This document shows, piece after piece, positions 56,904-64,000 of a stretch of DNA of 64,000 nucleotides. Origin of the DNA: Trichoplax adhaerens. Taxonomy: Eukaryota > Animalia > Placozoa. Where the stretch lies: assembly GCF_000150275.1 (NCBI RefSeq), contig NW_002060943.1:2200987-2264986 (forward strand). The letters are read 5' to 3'. Position 1 is the first letter of the stretch; each line of letters starts with the position of its first letter. Made by a program: the position numbers and the translations under genes. The notes under the pieces were generated by a model, which was not told the origin of the DNA, did not search any database, and worked only from the letters and a program-made list of their open reading frames with translations.

Positions 56904-59900
56904 TTATGGCCGAAAAGTGGATCGAATTTGGCGATTGTTCAACGATTGGACTGGCCTAAAGTTATCCATCATCTTGCCATCGCGTGATTGTAAATCACGG
57001 AATGCTGTAATCTATTTGGAACGAATCCACAAGGAAATTAAATCAATACATAAGTTATTAAGATCTGTTGATGTAGAATTACTTCGTATAACTTGATAAC
57101 GATGCTTTTCCTACTATTATTGATTACCCTCAGATGGTGCTAAGTTCCTTTTATATGTAACTTCACGGGTAATGCGAGAATTAAGTTTAAATTGAGCAAG
57201 CCTAATTTCCATATAGTCCGTATAATATGGTATTGTATACGATATTCAGAAGTTGATAAAGTATAGTAATATATCAGGTGATATACTGTATAATTCTGTT
57301 CTATCATTATCAGAGTCTATTGATATGATTATGTAACATAACCTGCTGTGAATTCATACCGTAATACTTAAGAGTCGGTAGGACGTTATAACTAAACTCT
57401 GATCATTTGGATGAAATTATTCAAGAATATCATTATAATATTCCAGTAAATATTGGATTGAAATGTATAGTTAACATACTTGTTCAGAGGAAATTTCGAT
57501 CGGATCTCGTAAAACTATCCAGGTAACATTTTCGGTACAGGGTGGTGTTGTTAGAGATCCTTGATAAGTCCAGTAAGCGTTGCGACCTAAGTTATGAAGA
57601 AAGAGATTCTTGCTTGTAGTCAAATTAATTATAGGATATCAATCATTGAATGTTCGATATTTAGCTTTTGCAGCGTAGGATAGTCTATTGCATAAGGTGT
57701 CTATCTAAAGGAAGATAGATAACTCACCTTGGGGATTAGGTAATAAGTCTTCGGGGTTAAAACTGCTAATCTTAACAGCTTCATCATTCTGTATTCAGTT
57801 ATAACGTTAAAGAGAAAACAGATCGTCAATTGCAAATGCTTCTATGTAATCATAATTGTGTAATGATTGAGAATATGTTATGGAATCAAGAAATTTTTAG
57901 AATTATTAAATAGTTAACGGAACTACTACAATAATTTATGTATACGAGATATGCTGTATAGCATACAGTAACTTAATTATCATATAAACGGTATGTGGGT
58001 ATTTAAGCATGTTATAATTTAAATTCAATTAGCAAATATTATAATTACTCTGTCTATGAATTTTGCAGCTAATGATAATCAAAGTTTAGGTACAGAGATT
58101 TATAATAAGACCTGTCTACTTGTATACGATATAACAAATTACCTGATGAGTTATTTTATGCAGTTGATCAACAATGGCTTGAAGCTTATCATGATGAGAT
58201 CCAATCTATGAGGTATAATTAAATAGTGTTAGAGATTAAGCATTGCATAAATCATGCAATTGATCGGATAGTATTAATAAATAGGACAAAGTGGTATACG
58301 AGCAAGATACTACATATAGAATTGTTTATAATGCTAACTTTATCACTGATTAGCAAATTAATAGAGCACGATAAAGCTGGACTAAAATGCACTCTCAAGT
58401 AGTGATACTTAAATACTATTATGCTGTATTCATGCTCTTATTAGATCAGCTTTCATCAGTAAATTCCTTATAGCTAATGATCACTATCAAGTAGAGATAA
58501 TAACGAAGATGAAGTGGTAATAAGTAGAGGAATTCTCCGGTTGCATCAGCTTACAGTGGGTAATTCATTATAACCAAACATAGAAACTAGTGAGTTGTAG
58601 TGTATCGAAATTCATCTTATTTTTAGTAGAAATATGCTAATGATTTATGACATGATATTAATAAGTTTATAACGCTTTTGATCTGCCCAAGAATTATTAG
58701 CAATTATGAGAAATGTAGCAATATACTAGAGGTAAATAAAATAGAGAAAATACACGTCAACATTGATATTCTAGACATGCTTAATAAATTATAATTATCT
58801 ATGAATTATTTATACAGCACTTTAAATTAATTTTAGTACTTTTTGGTAGACACAGTACGATAATTGCAATAATGAGAAGGCCGATGTTGATAAAAAAGTC
58901 ATCGAAAATAAAGTATGAAGCTGCTTTTACCTTGGTAAAGACTCCGATTACCGCTAAACCGTGCGGTTGGCTAAAAGCTTCGGTGACATTCTTGTACAGG
59001 GTTTTATTCCAATGGACCAAGTGAATCTGTTTCATATTAACGATACAGAATAAGATTAGAAGAGAAGTTTATTTTATATTCACGTTAGATTTTAAGTGAT
59101 ATTAAAATGAAAATTACAGCTAAGGCTATCTATAGTAATTAATTTTTGGAGTTGATTACAATTTAGGTTTTAGATTATTTCCTCTCACGTTATTTAATAG
59201 TATTTTCAGTCATTTCTATTGCTATAAATTACCTCCATTGCATGTGATGTCTTATTAACGGTATGCTCAGAGCCACGATAATCTTCCTTTCCCCAATGTG
59301 CATGAAACTGAACTAGCTCATATTCATAGCTTAGAGGTCCATCTTGAATTACTAGAATTATACAAATCATATTGTAGTAGCATAATTGATGGATTAGTTT
59401 AATTAAGATTATACTATATGGAGAATGTTCTATCACTGCATTACGTCTAATAAAATTGAAGTAGGCATAATCAGGTTTAAGATAAAAAAAAAATAGAGAA
59501 AAGCTATTTAAATATCCCTTGTTCTGGTGATCGAAAGGTATGATATATAAATACTAGCAATTTCTTGTTTTGAAAATGAATGAAGGACACTGCTGTAAAT
59601 TGATAAAAGAGTTTTGAAATTGTTGTAATGTATTTATAACGATACATCAGGGTGCTAAGTTTTCGTATTGCAAAACGAAAACGAGCTAAGATCGTATCTA
59701 AATAGCAAATATCTAGATGTTAGCTGATTTTAGGTCCATAGATATTAATATCAGATCGTCAATTTTTTATCGTTAGTTAAAATTCAGGCAATTTATAACC
59801 TTGGGACGTATGCAATCGATAAATATCTAGATATAAGTTCAGATTTGCGGGTATTGAATATTTTAATAAAATATCAACTTTTCTAATTCGTTAAATAAAT

Positions 59901-62763
59901 CTTGAAACTTGACAACCTTAGATAACGCACATCAATTTGTCGATGATGCTCTAGAGAAGGCAAAATAATATTTACTTTTTACCACTGCAATAAACTCAAG
60001 CAGGATAGGTTTATTTTGTTATTTGGATTAGTAATATAGTTCTGCAGAGAATATTGGAAATTTGATACAATTATGGATAAATGTAATATTTGATAAAGAT
60101 ATGGCTGTCATTGTGAATAAGTTAATCGTTATAGTCCATTTATATAGGCAAGGGCTCTAAATCTATACTTATGTACGTGTATTATTTCTAATTTCTTAAC
60201 TTCGATCGTCGAATAACTAAATTTTTCTGGCTATAGTTCCTTGGTCAGATCCATATGATAATGAAATATATTATTCTTAGAAATTATGCTAAATCAGTAT
60301 CTGCTACAGAATAGCTATGCTCTGTCTTACTCGTAGGTCACCACGACACGCTTCTTATCACTAGTGAAAATGAAACTGTTAACTTTTAAAGTTAAAATAA
60401 ATTACAACTGTCGCTACTACCTTTGGTAAATTGCCAAGCACTACCTTTTAACCTATGATAAATTAGGCGATATTTGTGAAGCAGAATATTATTTTTTAAA
60501 AGTTAAAATAAATTTATGATAGGTGCAATTACTTGGATAAATAACCAAGCTCCATCTAAGCTAATGATGGTACGTCAAATATTACGAATAGAAACATAAT
60601 TAACATTAAAGATAAAGTAAATTATGATAGTGCTCTTGCCCTCATTTTTAAGATGTGTCTTAAGTAATGACAATATATTTAATGTCTTGATAGAAATTAT
60701 AAATATCCTATTTAATACAAATAACTGTTAGTAATTCAGTGTTGGCCAACGCCCATGGACTTTATACTATAAATAAATTTATAGCTATCCAATGATGATA
60801 TCAGAATTTTTACCTTCTGCAATATACAACTTAGCTTATCTGATATTAGAGGGAAAGGTGAGGTAGAATATTCCTCCGAGATTATTTTGTGTAGTAATCA
60901 ATACTTCATATTATAAACCTTTATTTTACTGTATCATTCGAGTCTATTACTACTTAATTGCTATTTCTATTTAATTTGCCTAAGAATCTTTTCGATGCAT
61001 ATATGATCTCAGTTATATTTCATGATAGTTATTTATACAGACTGTAACATATAGGGCAAGAATCAATTTTGTAGTTTTTTCGGCTATTGAACCTATGCAT
61101 ACTAAAAATTAAGAAAAGTTTTGACCAAAGTCATGCAATTTTATCCATACTAGTAAAAGTTTTTAATGATCCTGGCTTGCAAAAATCTTTTTAAATTTTT
61201 GCTGCTAGATATCATTTTTTGGTGATGAATTATTAGAGGTAAAGTGTAGCAATATAAAATTATATTTATAGTTTCCGGTTTTATAGTCATTGGTTAAAAG
61301 TAGATCTCAATATTAGCTAGATGTATCAGTACTGAAGATATTGGAACTTTTTTGACCTATCACAGCCTCAGAAACCACTCTAGATACGTGTTAGATCGTA
61401 GCTTTACTTGATGATAACGAATTATTTCGACCCAGAGATAGATAGAGAGAATTAATTTAGTCATTTTAATTTACGCTTAAAAATTTAAATCCAAGTTTGA
61501 TCTACTTGTCTCAAGTCTTGTTGAAAGTTTTTATTACCCAATGAGTAATACATATGTCTTTAGATTTACCCCAGGTATCGTATGATGCTATTCTATGCCA
61601 ATCAATTATTCTGTAGACTGTAATAATACAGCAAGGATTAATCTTGTCGTTTAGATTATGGGGTAGGTACTTAAAATGAGGTCTGCGTTTTCAAATGCCG
61701 ATCGTCTAAATTGTCGATCTCTAAGTTAGAGTTGTATCCTATCTCGTGATAGATAATATCAGGGCAAAAAAGATCAGGAAAGAGTAAACATTTATCACGT
61801 TATTGATATAATCTATCTCCATATCAATAAGCTGCAAATGAAAGAGATGACTACGTAAAACAAATAGTCATGATCAACAGGGAATAATTCCGGCTATTTG
61901 ATGATGATTACGAAGACATGATATTGAGTGGATGCTGCAGTCATCTTATTTGCTTTTCTATCTAATTATGTTTTAGCTTATCTTGCTGAAATTATCAATG
62001 AGAGCAGAAGATTTATAATGTCATATACAGCATATCGTTCTTATTCGTATCCATCTCTTAGCTACTGTAAATGTCATATACATGTGCAGACGAAGGTCTA
62101 TTGATGAACTGTAGATGGTTTTTTGGGGCGATATTTTAACTTTTTCTTCATTATCGAAGGCGAAATTAAACATAAATGATAGGTGGATAGGATTATAAAT
62201 CGCTAACATTTTATCATGTATAGGTAGATGTACTGTATTTAGTTTAATCTATTCATTGACTGATATTAACTTGGAAATCTTGATTTTTTCTCAGTAAGAT
62301 GGGTTGCAATTATTACAAGCACATGATTTGGACTGTTTCAACATTTCAATTTGACTCATACTGTTCTACATTTCTTGTATAAGAGTAGACGTAACTAGAT
62401 CTGCCATGATCTAGTATTACTTATTCAGTAAGTAATTAAAAAGAAGTTGTAATAGATAAATACAGTAAAAAAAGAAACTTTAAAATTGGTGAGGGATAAA
62501 GAACTGATGCAAACGTAATGGTTGCTTCTTTAAACGAAGATTAATGTCTTAGTTATCATTTTACTGACCACAATCTTGACCAAGAGCAACCATAAAGGAA
62601 GAACCCGTGTTGGTGAGTAGGCTATCCGAGCATGGAGAATAAGTGATTTTCAGTGGATGATCAAGTAAATCTTGTTGAAAGATTTGCTGGCTACATTCTA
62701 TATCTATTGGAGATTGGTAATGACCATTAGCAAGAGGATAATCGTTATGCCACTTTTCTGGAC
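56904..62763 (-). CDS. Alpha-carbonic anhydrase, cytosolic CA2/CA7-like; exons 62569-62763, 59233-59351, 58931-59026, 58143-58205, 57728-57788, 57480-57586, 56904-57011; first coding exon not identified
   Basis: GPEKWH...QSPIDI, QFHAHWG, GSEHTV, ME-IHLVHWN (three Zn-ligand His), [42 protein letters not shown]. Confidence 0.92.
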
Positions 62764-64000
62764 CTAGCATCGATTAAGAATAGAATAAGATAAGTTAGTT
62801 TTACCGATCCTTTTGATGGAATCTATTAAATTGTAGGATAATCTGCACGATCTTACAGTATAAATAAGAATTAAGCAATTATCTTATCGATATTTGATGT
62901 AAGACCTTGATCAGTATAGTTCCAAACCATTGCAATTGTAAACGACTCAGAATAAGGTAAAATATCGAATTTTATTACTTCTAGAAGAAAAGGATAAATA
63001 ACAATAAGACTATAGGATATCAGCGACAAATAATCCAATGTCGAAGATTAAGTAATAATTAATCGAACCGAGCACAAATTCGATGTCCAAGTAAATTCTT
63101 CTTCTATCCGCAAACTAATCTTGCAAGATTGGATACTGATGCCGATTGAACAGAAGCCAATCCAACCAATTCGAATTGGAATCAATATGAAAAAATAGTT
63201 GAATGGCTGTCGTTTTATTGAATTAGAATCTTAGCAAAGGGTCAGCTTAGCCTTTGTCTGCAAGCTAGAAAGGCCCAGGAAGCAATCAATCCTATTAACA
63301 ATTAATAACAATAAACTGTTAAATAGTATATGGAAATAATAATGTTGTACCTATATAACCTTGTCCATATTCATTGTGATTGGCTACTCAATAATATGGA
63401 TTCCAAATAAGAAAAATAAAGGCCGAAAATTAAGCATGCGTGCTGCTGATTCCAATCGTCTTCATGGGGCGGCAATTTATGCTAATATCAAGAAAGGTGG
63501 AGGTAGAATTGATACCCGAATAAAGTTGTAGATATAACTGGAAAGATGTTATGATCGTATATATATTTATTAGTCTAGGTAGGATAAGGTTGTACAGAAT
63601 CATTTGTTGTAAGTATTGCAGTAAATATTTTGATATATATTGTATACAGTATATGTGTTGAAGTCAATGCTAGCAATGCCAAATTGCCTATATATGCTGA
63701 TATATACTGTATGTTATACAACATAATAGCTAATCCAAAATAATGAGAAGTAGGTAGGGACATGTAATATGGATGGAGGCGTGGCTGGAAGTGATATTTG
63801 CCATCGTATCTGCTCATTATTTCTATAATCACCAGATAGAAGAATTACGAATATGATCGATTTGATGTGCTGTACGTATAATATTAGATGGATGAAAATA
63901 TAATATGTCGTAATAGAGGATGCACCTCAAGATACTGTCCGGCATGAAGGATACCATCAGACAAAATTAGTTTATCCATAGATATCATAGAGGGATACAT

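Noticed and set aside
63300-63832. Candidate first exon of the carbonic anhydrase (including ORF 63575-63832)
   Set aside because: No W-G-Y-type N-terminal motif with an ATG and phase-1 donor could be supported; the exon may lie outside the window.

Overview
AT-rich (roughly one-third GC), intron-rich eukaryotic DNA with short GT-AG introns and animal-type genes. Style and gene content suggest an early-branching metazoan, probably a placozoan such as Trichoplax (inference). Genes read by hand: intronless Rac-like GTPase (-), intronless tetraspanin (-), 9-exon cathepsin D (-), intronless RDH8/HSD17B1-like SDR (+), RWDD4 (-) head-to-head with an SLF1/ANKRD32-like BRCT-ankyrin gene (+), two tandem SLC18B1-like MFS transporters (-), and a cytosolic alpha-carbonic anhydrase (-, first exon unresolved). 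Most notable: (i) islands of a self-complementary ACTGT/ACAGT simple repeat upstream of the housekeeping-type genes only; (ii) a 3-nt His microexon in RWDD4; (iii) a 7-bp duplication that frameshifts the last SLF1 exon; (iv) a modular repeat array inside the RWDD4/SLF1 bidirectional promoter. Exon coordinates were counted manually and may be off by a base or two.
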